Below are positions 28,429-39,326 of a DNA stretch of 64,000 nucleotides, one piece after another. The stretch is from positions 1-64,000 of the forward strand of contig JBGAOA010000003.1 in the NCBI GenBank assembly GCA_044222065.1. Reading direction: 5' to 3'. Position 1 is the first letter of the stretch, and every line of letters begins with the position of its first letter. This DNA comes from Candidatus Eiseniibacteriota bacterium (lineage in GTDB: Bacteria > Eisenbacteria > RBG-16-71-46). The notes under the pieces were generated by a model. It did no database searches. It saw only the letters and a program-made list of their open reading frames with translations, and had not been told where the DNA came from. The position numbers and the translations under genes were made by a program.

Positions 28429-31191
28429 ATGACCGGGGCCGCGCGGGACGACCGGGAGATCCGCGGCGCCGAAGAGGCGCGCCTCGCCGCCGATGCGCGG
28501 CGCGAGAAGAACTGGAAGCGCTGGGGCCCCTACCTCGCCGAACGCCAGTGGGGCACGGTGCGCGAGGACTACTCCGAAGGCGGCGAGTGCTGGACGTACT
28601 TCCCGCACGATCACGCGCGCAGCCGCGCGTACCGCTGGGGCGAGGACGGCCTGCTCGGAGTCACCGATCGCGAGAACCGGCTGTGCTTCGCTCTCGCGCT
28701 GTGGAACGGACACGACCCGATCCTGAAGGAGCGCCTGTTCGGCCTCACCGGTCCCGAGGGCAACCACGGCGAGGACGTGAAGGAGTGCTACTTCTACCTC
28801 GACTCGTCGCCGACGCACTCGTACCTGAAGGCGCTCTACAAGTACCCGCACGCCGAGTTCCCGTACGCGCGACTCGTCGCCGAGAACCGCGCGCGCGGCA
28901 AGGACGCGCCCGAGTTCGAACTCGCCGACACCGGCGTCTTCGACGGGAACCGCTACTTCGACGTCGTCGCCGAGTACGCGAAGTCGGACACGGACGACCT
29001 GCTGATCCGGATCACGATCGCGAACCGCGGCCCCGAGGCGGCGGCGCTGCACGTGCTGCCGCAGCTGTGGTTCCGCAACACGTGGAGCTGGGGGCGCGAG
29101 GGCGAGGGCTACGGCCCGCGGCCGCGGCTCTCACGCGTCGCGAACGACACGATCCTCGCCGAGCACGAGACGCTCGGGCGGATGCGGCTCGTCGCGGGGC
29201 TCGGACCGTTCGGCCGGACGCCGGCGCTGCTCTTCACCGAGAACGAAACGAACGCCGCGCGGCTCTGGCCGGGAGGGGTGAACGCGTCGCCGTTCACGAA
29301 GGACGCGTTCCACGACTACGTCGTCGGCGGCCGTTCCGTCGCCGTGAATCCCGCGCGCATCGGCACGAAGGCCGCCGCGCACTACGCGCTCGAAGTGCCC
29401 GCGGGAGGCGAGATCGTGCTGAGGCTCCGGCTCGCGCCCGACGGCGCGATGCCCGCAGCACCCCTCGGCGAGGGCTTCGACGCCACCTTCGCGCGGCGCA
29501 TCGCCGAGACCGACGCGTTCTACGGCGCGCTCGCTCCGTCCGGGGCGAGCGAGGACGAACGCCGCGTCATCCGCCAGGGCTACGCCGGACTGCTGTGGTC
29601 CAAGCAGTTCTACTACTACGTCGTGCGGCACTGGCTCGAGGGCGATCCCGCGCAGCCGATGTCGCCCGACGCGCGCCGCAACGGCCGCAACGCCGACTGG
29701 CGCCACGTCCACTGCCGCGACGTCATCTCGATGCCCGACAAGTGGGAGTACCCGTGGTTCGCCGCGTGGGACCTCGCGTTCCACACGGTCGCGTTCGCCC
29801 GCGTGGACGTCGAGTTCGCGAAGCACCAGCTGCTGCTGTTCCTGCGCGAGTGGTACATGCACGCGAACGGACAGCTGCCCGCCTACGAGTTCGCGTTCGG
29901 CGACGTGAATCCGCCGGTGCACGCGTGGGCGTGCTGGCGCGTCTACAAGATGAGCGGCCCTCGCGGCGGCCGCGACCGCCAGTTCCTCGAGCGCGCGTTC
30001 CAGAAGCTGCTCATCAATTTCACGTGGTGGGTCAACCGCAAGGACGCCGAGGGCAAGCATCTGTTCGGCGGCGGTTTCCTCGGCCTCGACAACATCGGCG
30101 TGTTCGACCGCTCGCAGCCGCTGCCGACGGGCGGGCACCTCGAGCAGGCGGACGGCACGGCGTGGATGGCGTTCTACTGCTCGACCATGCTGTCCATGGC
30201 GATCGAGCTCGCGAGCGAGGACCGCGCCTACGAGGACGTGGCGTCCAAGTTCTTCGAGCACTTCATCGCGATCGTGGATGCGATGAACTCGCTCGGCGGC
30301 ACCGGGCTGTGGGACGAGACGGACGGCTTCTACTACGACCAGCTGCACGCGAATGGCTCGAGCGAGCCGCTGCGCGTGCGCTCGATGGTCGGCCTCATTC
30401 CGCTGTTCGCGGTCGAAAACCTCGAGATGCGCGTGCTCGAGAGCCTGCCGGGATTCCGGAAGCGCATGCAGTGGTTCCTCGAGAACCGCTCGGACCTCGC
30501 GCGCCACATCACCTACATGCGCGACGCGGACGACGGGCACGGCCACCGCCTGCTCGCGATCCCGTCGCGCGAACGGCTCGAGCGCGTGCTGCGCGTGCTG
30601 CTCGACGAGCGCGAATTCCTGAGCGCCCACGGCGTGCGCGCGCTGTCGCGCGTTCACCGCGATCACCCGTTCGTCTTTGGCGTCAACGGCTCCGAGTACC
30701 GCGTCGAATACCAGCCCGGCGAGTCGAACAGCGGGCTCTTCGGCGGCAATTCGAACTGGCGCGGACCGATCTGGATGCCGCTCAACTTCCTGCTCGTCGA
30801 GTCGCTCGAGCGCTACCACCACTTCTACGGGGACGCGCTGAAGGTCGAGTGCCCGACGGGTTCCGGCCGCTTCGTGTCGCTGCAGGGCGCCGCGCACGAG
30901 ATCGCGACCCGCCTCGGGCGACTGTTCCTGCGCGGCGCGGACGGACGCCGGCCCGTCCACGGCGCGGACGCCCGCTACGCGGACGATCCGCACTGGCGCG
31001 ATCTCGTGCTGTTCTACGAGTACTTCCACGGCGACGACGGACGCGGCGTCGGCGCGTCGCACCAGACGGGCTGGAGCGCGCTCGCGGTGCGGCTCGTCGA
31101 GGACGTCGCGCGCCGGCGCGAAGCCGTCGCGTCCGGGGCGCGCGACGGCGCCGCGCCGGAACGCGCGCTCGCCCCGGAGGCCCGCGCGTGA
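28429..31191 (+). CDS. GH63/MGH1-like glucosidase
   Basis: WKRWGPYLAERQWGTVREDYS, SMPDKWEYPWFAAWDLAFH, GGFLGLDNI, GGNSNWRGPIW, YEYFHGDDGRGVGASHQTGW. Confidence 0.9.
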   Translation: MTGAARDDREIRGAEEARLAADARREKNWKRWGPYLAERQWGTVREDYSEGGECWTYFPHDHARSRAYRWGEDGLLGVTDRENRLCFALALWNGHDPILKERLFGLTGPEGNHGEDVKECYFYLDSSPTHSYLKALYKYPHAEFPYARLVAENRARGKDAPEFELADTGVFDGNRYFDVVAEYAKSDTDDLLIRITIANRGPEAAALHVLPQLWFRNTWSWGREGEGYGPRPRLSRVANDTILAEHETLGRMRLVAGLGPFGRTPALLFTENETNAARLWPGGVNASPFTKDAFHDYVVGGRSVAVNPARIGTKAAAHYALEVPAGGEIVLRLRLAPDGAMPAAPLGEGFDATFARRIAETDAFYGALAPSGASEDERRVIRQGYAGLLWSKQFYYYVVRHWLEGDPAQPMSPDARRNGRNADWRHVHCRDVISMPDKWEYPWFAAWDLAFHTVAFARVDVEFAKHQLLLFLREWYMHANGQLPAYEFAFGDVNPPVHAWACWRVYKMSGPRGGRDRQFLERAFQKLLINFTWWVNRKDAEGKHLFGGGFLGLDNIGVFDRSQPLPTGGHLEQADGTAWMAFYCSTMLSMAIELASEDRAYEDVASKFFEHFIAIVDAMNSLGGTGLWDETDGFYYDQLHANGSSEPLRVRSMVGLIPLFAVENLEMRVLESLPGFRKRMQWFLENRSDLARHITYMRDADDGHGHRLLAIPSRERLERVLRVLLDEREFLSAHGVRALSRVHRDHPFVFGVNGSEYRVEYQPGESNSGLFGGNSNWRGPIWMPLNFLLVESLERYHHFYGDALKVECPTGSGRFVSLQGAAHEIATRLGRLFLRGADGRRPVHGADARYADDPHWRDLVLFYEYFHGDDGRGVGASHQTGWSALAVRLVEDVARRREAVASGARDGAAPERALAPEARA

Positions 31192-33179
31192 GCGACAACC
31201 TTCTGCACGTGGACCGCGCCGCGGAGTGGCTCGAGGCCGACGGCCTTGGCGGCTACGCGATGGGCACCGTGGACGGCGTGCGCACGCGGCGCTACCACGC
31301 GACGCTGCTCGCTGCCGCGACGCCGCCGACCGGACGCGTCGCGCTCGTGCAGGGGCTCGAAACGTGGATCGAGGGTCCCGGAGGCGCGATCGCGCTCAGC
31401 TCGCAGCGCTACGCGCCGGACGTCGTGCACCCGGACGGCGCCACGCGCCTCGTCGCGTTCTCGCACGAACCGTGGCCGCGGTGGAGCTGGCGCCTTCCGG
31501 ACGGCGCGCTCGTCGAGCACGAGCTGTTCGTGCCGAAGGGGGCCGCGCGCGTCGTGCTGCGCTGGCGGAGGCGCGGCGCCCGCTCGGCCGCGACGCTGTG
31601 CGTGCGGCCGCTCCTGTCGGGGCGCGACGCGCACGCGCTGCACCACGAGAACCCGGCGTTCCGCTTCGACTCGGAGCGCGCGGGGGACGAGACCGTGCGA
31701 TGGCGCCCCTACGCGGACGTGCCGGCGATCGAGGCGCGCTCGAACGGCGAGTACGCGCACGCGCCCGAGTGGTACCGGAACTTCCTCTACGCCGAGGAGC
31801 GCGCCCGCGGGCTCGACTTCGTCGAGGACCTCGCGTCCCCCGGCACGTTCCGCTTCGACCTCGCGCGCGGCGAGGCCGTGCTCGTGCTGAGCGCCGAACT
31901 CGCCGCGAACGCGCCGCTGCCGCCCGGCGACGCGGCCGCGGCCGCCAGGCGCCTGCGCGACTCCGAGCGACGCCGGCGCGCGCGCTTCGCCGATCCGCTC
32001 GCGCGCGCGGCCGACGCGTACGTCGTCCGGCGCGGCGAGGGCCGCACGATCGTCGCGGGCTACCCGTGGTTCACCGACTGGGGGCGCGACACGTTCATCG
32101 CCCTGCGCGGGCTGTGCCTCGCGACCGGGCGGCTCGCGGACGCGGGCGCGATCCTCGGCGAGTGGGCCGGGACCGTGAGCGAGGGCATGCTGCCCAACCT
32201 GTTCGTCGACGGCGCCGCGCCGCCCGAATACAACAGCGTGGACGCGTCGCTCTGGTACGTGATCGCCGTGCACGACTACCTGGCCGCGTGCGCGGCCGCC
32301 GGCGTGAAGGTGACGGCGCGCGCGCGCGCGCGGCTCGAGACCGCCGTCGGCCGCATCGTCGCGGGCTACGCCGCCGGCACGCGCTTCGGCATCCGCGCGG
32401 ACGCGGACGGCCTGCTCGCGTGCGGCACTCCAGGCGTGCAGCTCACGTGGATGGATGCGAAGGTCGGCGACTGGGTCGTCACGCCGCGCACGGGCAAGCC
32501 CGTCGAAGTGCAGGCGCTGTGGATCAACGCGCTGCGCATCGCGTCGGCGTTCGCGCCCGAATGGCGCGAGACCGAGGCGCGCGCGCGCGCCGCGTTCCTC
32601 GAGCGCTTCTGGAACGACGCGGACGGCACGCTGCACGACGTCGTGGACGTGGACCACGTGCCCGGCGCCGTGGACCGCACGTTCCGGCCGAACCAGGTCT
32701 TCGCGCTCGGCGGCCTGCCGTATCCGCTCGTCGAGGGCGCGCGCGCACACCGCGTGCTCACCGCTTTCGAAGCGCGGCTGCTCACGCCGCTCGGGCCGCG
32801 TTCGCTCGCGCCCGGCGAGCCCGGGTACACCGGGCGCTACGAGGGCGGCGTGCTCGCGCGCGACGGTTCGTACCATCAGGGCACCGTGTGGCCGTGGCTC
32901 GCCGGCGCCTTCGTCGAGGCGTGGCTGCGCGCGCGCGGCCACGACGCCGCGGCGCGCGAGGAAGCGGTCGCGCGCTTCGTCCGGCCGCTGCGCGCGCATC
33001 TCGCCGAGGCCGGACTCGGGCACGTGTCCGAGATCGCCGACGGCGCCCGGCCGCACACGCCGCGCGGCTGCCCGTTCCAGGCGTGGTCGGTCGGCGAGCT
33101 GCTGCGCATCGAACGCCTCATCGCTCCGGCCGCGCGGAAGCCGGCCGCGCGTACCGCCACGATCGCCGTCCGGCGCTGA
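31188..33179 (+). CDS. Glycogen debranching enzyme (amylo-alpha-1,6-glucosidase, archaeal-type)
   Basis: EWLEADGLGGYA, RTRRYH, AGYPWFTDWGRDTFI, QLTWMDA, YHQGTVWPWL, GCPFQAWSVGE. Confidence 0.92.
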   Translation: MSDNLLHVDRAAEWLEADGLGGYAMGTVDGVRTRRYHATLLAAATPPTGRVALVQGLETWIEGPGGAIALSSQRYAPDVVHPDGATRLVAFSHEPWPRWSWRLPDGALVEHELFVPKGAARVVLRWRRRGARSAATLCVRPLLSGRDAHALHHENPAFRFDSERAGDETVRWRPYADVPAIEARSNGEYAHAPEWYRNFLYAEERARGLDFVEDLASPGTFRFDLARGEAVLVLSAELAANAPLPPGDAAAAARRLRDSERRRRARFADPLARAADAYVVRRGEGRTIVAGYPWFTDWGRDTFIALRGLCLATGRLADAGAILGEWAGTVSEGMLPNLFVDGAAPPEYNSVDASLWYVIAVHDYLAACAAAGVKVTARARARLETAVGRIVAGYAAGTRFGIRADADGLLACGTPGVQLTWMDAKVGDWVVTPRTGKPVEVQALWINALRIASAFAPEWRETEARARAAFLERFWNDADGTLHDVVDVDHVPGAVDRTFRPNQVFALGGLPYPLVEGARAHRVLTAFEARLLTPLGPRSLAPGEPGYTGRYEGGVLARDGSYHQGTVWPWLAGAFVEAWLRARGHDAAAREEAVARFVRPLRAHLAEAGLGHVSEIADGARPHTPRGCPFQAWSVGELLRIERLIAPAARKPAARTATIAVRR

Positions 33180-33212
33180 TCCGCGGCGCGGCGGGCCGCG
33201 GCGCGACGAACC

Positions 33213-33240
33213 GGGAACCCGCCGAGCCGGTCGGGCGTTC
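33213..33240 (+). promoter_or_regulatory. Putative ECF promoter (GGGAAC-N16-GCGTTC), leaderless
   Basis: Motif ends 7 nt before ATG 33248; no SD. Confidence 0.65.
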
Positions 33241-33247
33241 ACGCGGC

Positions 33248-34066
33248 ATGAGATTCCGACTCCGCGAAGCGGTGATCGACGGCCTGTTGCTCGGCCTGTT
33301 CATGCTGTCGGCGTGCGCGTTCACGACGCTGCTCGAGCATCCGTCCTCGCCCGCGCACGCCGCACTGCCCGACCCGAACGTGCGCCGCGCGTTCATCGGA
33401 CTCGCGATGGGAGCGACGGCGATCGCGCTCGTGCACTCGCCGTGGGGGAGGCGCTCCGGCGCGCACCTGAACCCGGGCGTCACGCTCGCGTTCCTGCGGC
33501 TCGGCCGCGTCGCGCCCGCCGACGCCGCCGGCTACGTCGCCGCGCAGTTCGCGGGCGGCGCGCTCGGCGTGCTCCTCTCGCGGCTCGTGCTCGGCGGCGC
33601 GCTCGCCGAGCCGCACGTGAACTACGCCGCGACCGTGCCCGGACCGGCGGGCGCCGCGGTCGCGTTCGCGGCCGAGTTCGCGATGACGTTCGGACTGCTC
33701 ACGCTCGTGCTGAACGCGAACGCGTCGCCGCGGGCCGCGCGCTGGACGGGCGTGCTCGCCGGCGCGACGGTCGCGCTCTACATCGCGCTGTTCGCGCCGC
33801 TCTCGGGCATGAGCCTCAATCCCGCGCGCACGTTCGCCTCGGCTTCGGTCGGCGGCGTGTGGACGGGGTTCTGGCTCTACTGCGTCGCGCCGCCGCTCGG
33901 CATGCAGGCCGCGGCCGAACTGTACCTTCGGACGAGCGCGCGCCCGCGCCGCGGCTGCGCGAAGCTCCACCACGACGCCGGTCCGTGCCACTTCTGCGAC
34001 TGGCAGCACCGCGGCGACGCGGCCGCGCCGGCCGCCGCGCCGCGGCCCGCGGCGGAACGGACCTGA
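33248..34066 (+). CDS. Aquaporin (MIP family) with Cys/His-rich C-tail
   Basis: SGAHLNPGVT and SLNPARTF boxes; tail CAKLHHDAGPCHFCDWQH. Confidence 0.9.
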   Translation: MRFRLREAVIDGLLLGLFMLSACAFTTLLEHPSSPAHAALPDPNVRRAFIGLAMGATAIALVHSPWGRRSGAHLNPGVTLAFLRLGRVAPADAAGYVAAQFAGGALGVLLSRLVLGGALAEPHVNYAATVPGPAGAAVAFAAEFAMTFGLLTLVLNANASPRAARWTGVLAGATVALYIALFAPLSGMSLNPARTFASASVGGVWTGFWLYCVAPPLGMQAAAELYLRTSARPRRGCAKLHHDAGPCHFCDWQHRGDAAAPAAAPRPAAERT

Positions 34067-34743
34067 ACCCCGCATCCGACTTCACGCGCGCCCCGGCGTG
34101 GCGCGCCGCGTGCGACGGCATCGCCACGCGGCTCGTCGCGCTCGCGCGATCGCGCCCCTCCGGGCCCGCGCCGCTCGCGGGCGTGAGCGGCATCGACGGC
34201 GGCGGCAAGACGGCGTTCGCGCGCGACCTCGCGACCGAGTTGCGCGCGCGCGGGGCGGCCGTCGCCGAACTCGCGCTCGATCCCTGGCACGAGCCGGCCG
34301 AGGTTCGCTTCTCGGCGACCGCGCCCGCGCGCACGTTCTACGACCGCGCGTTCCGGTGGGAGGCGCTGTTCGCGGAACTCGTGGACCCGCTTCGCCGCGA
34401 CCGTCGCTTCGACGGTGCGTTCGATCTCGCGCGCGGCTGCGGCCCCGAGCGTGAGCGGCGGCGCTACCGGTTCGAGCGCGTCGACCTCGTTCTGCTCGAG
34501 GGCGTCTTCCTGTTCCGACGCGAGCGGCGCTCCCGGTTCGACTTCGCGCTCTGGATCGACTGCCCGTTCGACGTGGCGCTGGCGCGCGCGCTCGCACGCA
34601 ACCAGGAGGGCCTCCCGGAAGCCGAATTGCGCCGTGATTACGCCGCCGTCTACCACGCGGCCCAGCGAATCCACCTGGAGCGCGACGAGCCCGCCCGCGC
34701 CGCCGACGCCGTGTTCGTGAACGGCGCGCCCGGCCCGCGCTAG
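34063..34743 (+). CDS. Uridine-kinase-like P-loop NTPase (start uncertain)
   Basis: GVSGIDGGGKT Walker A, VLLEGVFLF, FDFALWIDCPF. Confidence 0.75.
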   Translation: MNPASDFTRAPAWRAACDGIATRLVALARSRPSGPAPLAGVSGIDGGGKTAFARDLATELRARGAAVAELALDPWHEPAEVRFSATAPARTFYDRAFRWEALFAELVDPLRRDRRFDGAFDLARGCGPERERRRYRFERVDLVLLEGVFLFRRERRSRFDFALWIDCPFDVALARALARNQEGLPEAELRRDYAAVYHAAQRIHLERDEPARAADAVFVNGAPGPR

Positions 34744-34745
34744 GC

Positions 34746-34773
34746 GGGAACCCGCGCCGCGCCGCGCGCATTC
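34746..34773 (+). promoter_or_regulatory. Putative ECF promoter (GGGAAC-N16-GCATTC)
   Basis: Exact motif upstream of the DM13 gene. Confidence 0.75.
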
Positions 34774-34829
34774 GATCCGGCGACGGCGCCACACAGGCAG
34801 CGCCCATTCGAAACGAAGGAGGCACACTC

Positions 34830-35705
34830 ATGCAGTCCAAGCGCATCGTCGTCGCTCTCGTGGCGCTCGTGGTCGGAGTCGCGGGCTGGTACGCGTTCCG
34901 CCCCGAGCGGTTGTGGATCGATCAGAAGGTCAGCGAGTCGCTGCCCGCCGCGGCGAACGCGGCCGCCGCGACGGAAGCGTCGCCTGCTCCGCTGCTCGCG
35001 GGCGCGTTCCACACGAACGCGCACGCGACGAAGGGCGAGGCCGCCGTGCTGCAGCTCGCCTCGGGCGAGCGCGTCCTGAGGCTCACCGGCTTCGAGACCT
35101 CGAACGGCCCCGACGTGCACGTGTACCTCGTCGCCGCGAACGACGTGACGGACGACGCCACGGTCGCGAAGGCCGGATACGTGGATCTCGGCAGCCTCAA
35201 GGGCAACGTCGGCGACCAGAACTACGCGATTCCGGACGGCGTGGATCTCGGCACGCACCGCACGGTGACGATCTGGTGCGCGCGGTTCCGCGTGAACTTC
35301 GGCAGCGCGCCGCTGTCGTCCGCGATGGCGGACGCCATGCCGTCGAGCGCCGCTCCGATGGCGGTCGCCGAGGGGGCGTTCCACACGAACGCGCACGAGA
35401 CGAAGGGCACGGCCGCGATCTACACGCTCGCATCGGGCGAGCGCGTGCTGCGGCTCTCGCAGTTCGAGACCTCGAACGGTCCCGACGTGCACGTCTACCT
35501 CGTCGCCGCGGGCGACGTTTCGGACGACGCGACCGTGAAGCGCGCCGGCTACGTGGACCTCGGCAGCCTCAAGGGCAACGTCGGCGACCAGAACTACGCG
35601 CTGCCCGCGGACGTCGATCTCGCCGCCTATCGCACCGTGACGATCTGGTGCGCGCGCTTCGGCGTGAACTTCGGCAGCGCCCCGCTCTCGTCCCGCCACT
35701 CGTGA
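34830..35705 (+). CDS. Membrane-anchored protein with two tandem DM13 domains
   Basis: N-terminal TM helix; twice FETSNGPDVHVYL...LGSLKGNVGDQNY...VTIWCARF.VNFGSAPL. Confidence 0.9.
   Translation: MQSKRIVVALVALVVGVAGWYAFRPERLWIDQKVSESLPAAANAAAATEASPAPLLAGAFHTNAHATKGEAAVLQLASGERVLRLTGFETSNGPDVHVYLVAANDVTDDATVAKAGYVDLGSLKGNVGDQNYAIPDGVDLGTHRTVTIWCARFRVNFGSAPLSSAMADAMPSSAAPMAVAEGAFHTNAHETKGTAAIYTLASGERVLRLSQFETSNGPDVHVYLVAAGDVSDDATVKRAGYVDLGSLKGNVGDQNYALPADVDLAAYRTVTIWCARFGVNFGSAPLSSRHS
35001..35690 (+). repeat. Intragenic direct duplication of the DM13 domain (~315-nt units, offset 372)
   Basis: Near-identical DNA units starting about 35001 and 35373. Confidence 0.85.
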
Positions 35706-35737
35706 ACCCCACTCATTCCCACGGAGGACATCCGATC

Positions 35738-36457
35738 ATGAAGCGCACGTTCGTCGCACTGTCGCTCGCCGCGGCCCTCGTTCCGGCCGCCGCCCTCGCG
35801 GATCACGCCTCGGCCCGCTTCACGGTGCGCGTCGAGAACGTCTCGACCGCCGCCTCGCTGCAGCTCTCGACCGGCGGCACGGCTCCGGCGCCGACGTCGC
35901 CGGTGCTGTGGCTCACCCACACCGGAGTCGCGCCGCTGTTCAAGCCCGGCACGGCCGACCGCGGCCAGGGCCTCGAAGCGCTCGCCGAGGACGGCAATCC
36001 CGGCCGGCTCGTCGAGTCGTGCAAGGGCGCGAAGGGCGTCTCGGGCGTCGGCGCGCAGGCGATCCCGGTCGGCGAGACGCAGGCCGGCCCCGCGCTGCCC
36101 GGCAAGGCGTTCGAGTTCTCGTTCACCGCGAAGCACGGCGAGCGGCTCACGCTCGCGATGATGTTCGGCCAGTCGAACGACTGGTTCTACGCGCCGGGCG
36201 AGAAGGGCATCGCGCTGTGGGACTCGAAGGGCATGCCGATCTCGGGCGACGTCACCTCGCAGCTGATGCTCTGGAACGCCGGCACCGAGGTGGACGAGGA
36301 GCCGGGCGTCGGGGCGAACCAGGGCCCGCGCCAGAAGGCCGCGAACACGGGTCCGGCCGAGAACGGCAAGGTCGGTCCGGCGAAGGGCTACGCGGTCCCG
36401 CCGGTGCAGCAGGTCATCAAGGTCACGATCACGCCGGACGCGATGGCGGTGAAGTAG
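35738..36457 (+). CDS. Secreted spondin_N-domain protein
   Basis: Signal peptide; GLEALAEDGNP, MFGQSNDWFYA, WNAGTEVDEEPGVG. Confidence 0.88.
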   Translation: MKRTFVALSLAAALVPAAALADHASARFTVRVENVSTAASLQLSTGGTAPAPTSPVLWLTHTGVAPLFKPGTADRGQGLEALAEDGNPGRLVESCKGAKGVSGVGAQAIPVGETQAGPALPGKAFEFSFTAKHGERLTLAMMFGQSNDWFYAPGEKGIALWDSKGMPISGDVTSQLMLWNAGTEVDEEPGVGANQGPRQKAANTGPAENGKVGPAKGYAVPPVQQVIKVTITPDAMAVK

Positions 36458-36513
36458 CCGCCGGACGCGCGCGGTCGGGGAGCCGCGCGCGAACGATCGG
36501 ACGTGACGACGCG

Positions 36514-36553
36514 ACGCGCCCTCCGGGGGAAGCCCGGGGGGCGTTCGTGTTCT
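36514..36553 (+). terminator. Putative terminator hairpin
   Basis: cgccctccggg / cccggggggcg followed by ttcgtgtt. Confidence 0.45.
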
Positions 36554-36560
36554 CGAGCAC

Positions 36561-36588
36561 GGGAACCGGCGGCGGGGCGCGGGCATTC
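36561..36588 (+). promoter_or_regulatory. Putative ECF promoter (GGGAAC-N16-GCATTC)
   Basis: Exact motif upstream of the GMC oxidoreductase gene. Confidence 0.75.
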
Positions 36589-36636
36589 CTTCGACGCACA
36601 CGCGTTTCGGACGGCGCAGCACGGAGGAGGCGAACC

Positions 36637-38237
36637 ATGTCGGACCGGCACTACGACGTGATCATCATCGGCAGCGGCGCGGGCGGCGGCACGCTCGCCC
36701 ACGCGCTCGCGCCGACGGGCAAGAAGATCCTGATCCTCGAGCGCGGCGAGTACGCGCGGCGCGAGCCCGAGAACTGGAGCACGAAGGCCGTCGTGCTCGA
36801 GGGCCGCTACAACAACGCCGAGTCGTGGCGCGACTCGAAGGGGCGGGAGTTCCAGGCCGGCCAGCACTACTTCGTCGGCGGCAACACGAAGTTCTACGGC
36901 GCCGCGCTGCTGCGCATGCGCGAGCGCGACTTCGGCGAGGTGAAGCACGTCGGCGGGATCTCGCCCGCGTGGCCGATCGCCTACGCCGACCTCGAGCCGT
37001 TCTACACGAAGGCCGAGCACCTGTACTCCGTGCACGGCACGCGCGGCGAGGATCCGACCGAGCCGTGGGCGAGCGCGCCGTACCGCTACCCGGCCGTCTC
37101 GCACGAGCCGCGCATCCAGCGGCTCAACGACCAGGTCGCCGCCCTCGGCTACCGGCCGTTCCACGTTCCGGTCGGCATCCGCCTCGACGAGTCCGACGCG
37201 AGGAAGAGCGCGTGCATCCGCTGCGCGACGTGCGACGGACATCCGTGCCTCGTGAACGCGAAGGCCGACGCGCAGACGACGTGCGTGGATCCGGCGCTCA
37301 AGCATCCGAACGTCTCGCTGCTCACCGGCGCGTTCGTGGCCCGGCTCGAGACGTCGGCGAGCGGGCGCCAGGTGACGGGCGTCGTCGTCGAGAAGGACGG
37401 CGCGCGCGCGACCTACACGGCCGACGTCGTCGTGAGCAGCGCGGGCGCGATCAACTCCGCGGCGCTGCTGCTGCGCTCGGCGAACGACCGTCACCCGAAC
37501 GGGCTCGCGAACGGCTCGGACCAGGTGGGCCGGAACTACATGTGCCATCTGAACAGCGTGATGATGGCGATCTCGAAGTGCCCGAATCCGACCGTGTTCC
37601 AGAAGACCTGGGCGATGAACGATTTCTACTGGGGCACCGAGGGGTTCGAGCATCCGATGGGCCACATTTCGTTCGTCGGCAAGCTCGACGAGCACACGCT
37701 GCGCGCGGGCGCGCCGAAGTTCGTCCCCGGCTGGACGCTCGACCAGATGGCGAAGCACTCGCTCGACTTCTGGCTCACGAGCGAGGACCTGCCGAGCGGC
37801 GCGAACCGCGTGACGGTCGGCCGCGACGGCAGGATCGAGCTCGACTACACGCCGAACAACGAGGCCGCGCACGAGCGCCTGATCCACGCGCTCCGGGCCA
37901 CGCTCAAGCGCGTGCCGTGCGACGCGCACGGGAGCGAGTGTCACGAGGCGCTCGTCCCGATGCAGGCGTACATCGGCAAGCGCATCCCGCTCGCCGGCGT
38001 CGCGCACCAGAACGGCACCGTGCGCTTCGGCGCGGACCCGCGCACCTCGGTGCTCGACCTGAACTGCAAGGCGCACGAGCTGGACAACCTGTACGTCGTG
38101 GACGGCGGGTTCTTCCCCTCGAGCAGCGCCGTGAACCCCGCGCTCACGATCATGGCGAATGCGCTGCGTGTCGCGGAACACCTGAAGGACCGGCTCGGAG
38201 CGCGCGCGACGGAGTTCGCGGGCGCGGGAGGCGCGCG

Positions 38238-38241
<4 letters not shown>
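36637..38241 (+). CDS. GMC family FAD oxidoreductase with Fe-S-type Cys motif
   Basis: [61 protein letters not shown]. Confidence 0.93.
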
Positions 38242-39322
<1,081 letters not shown>

Positions 39323-39326
<4 letters not shown>

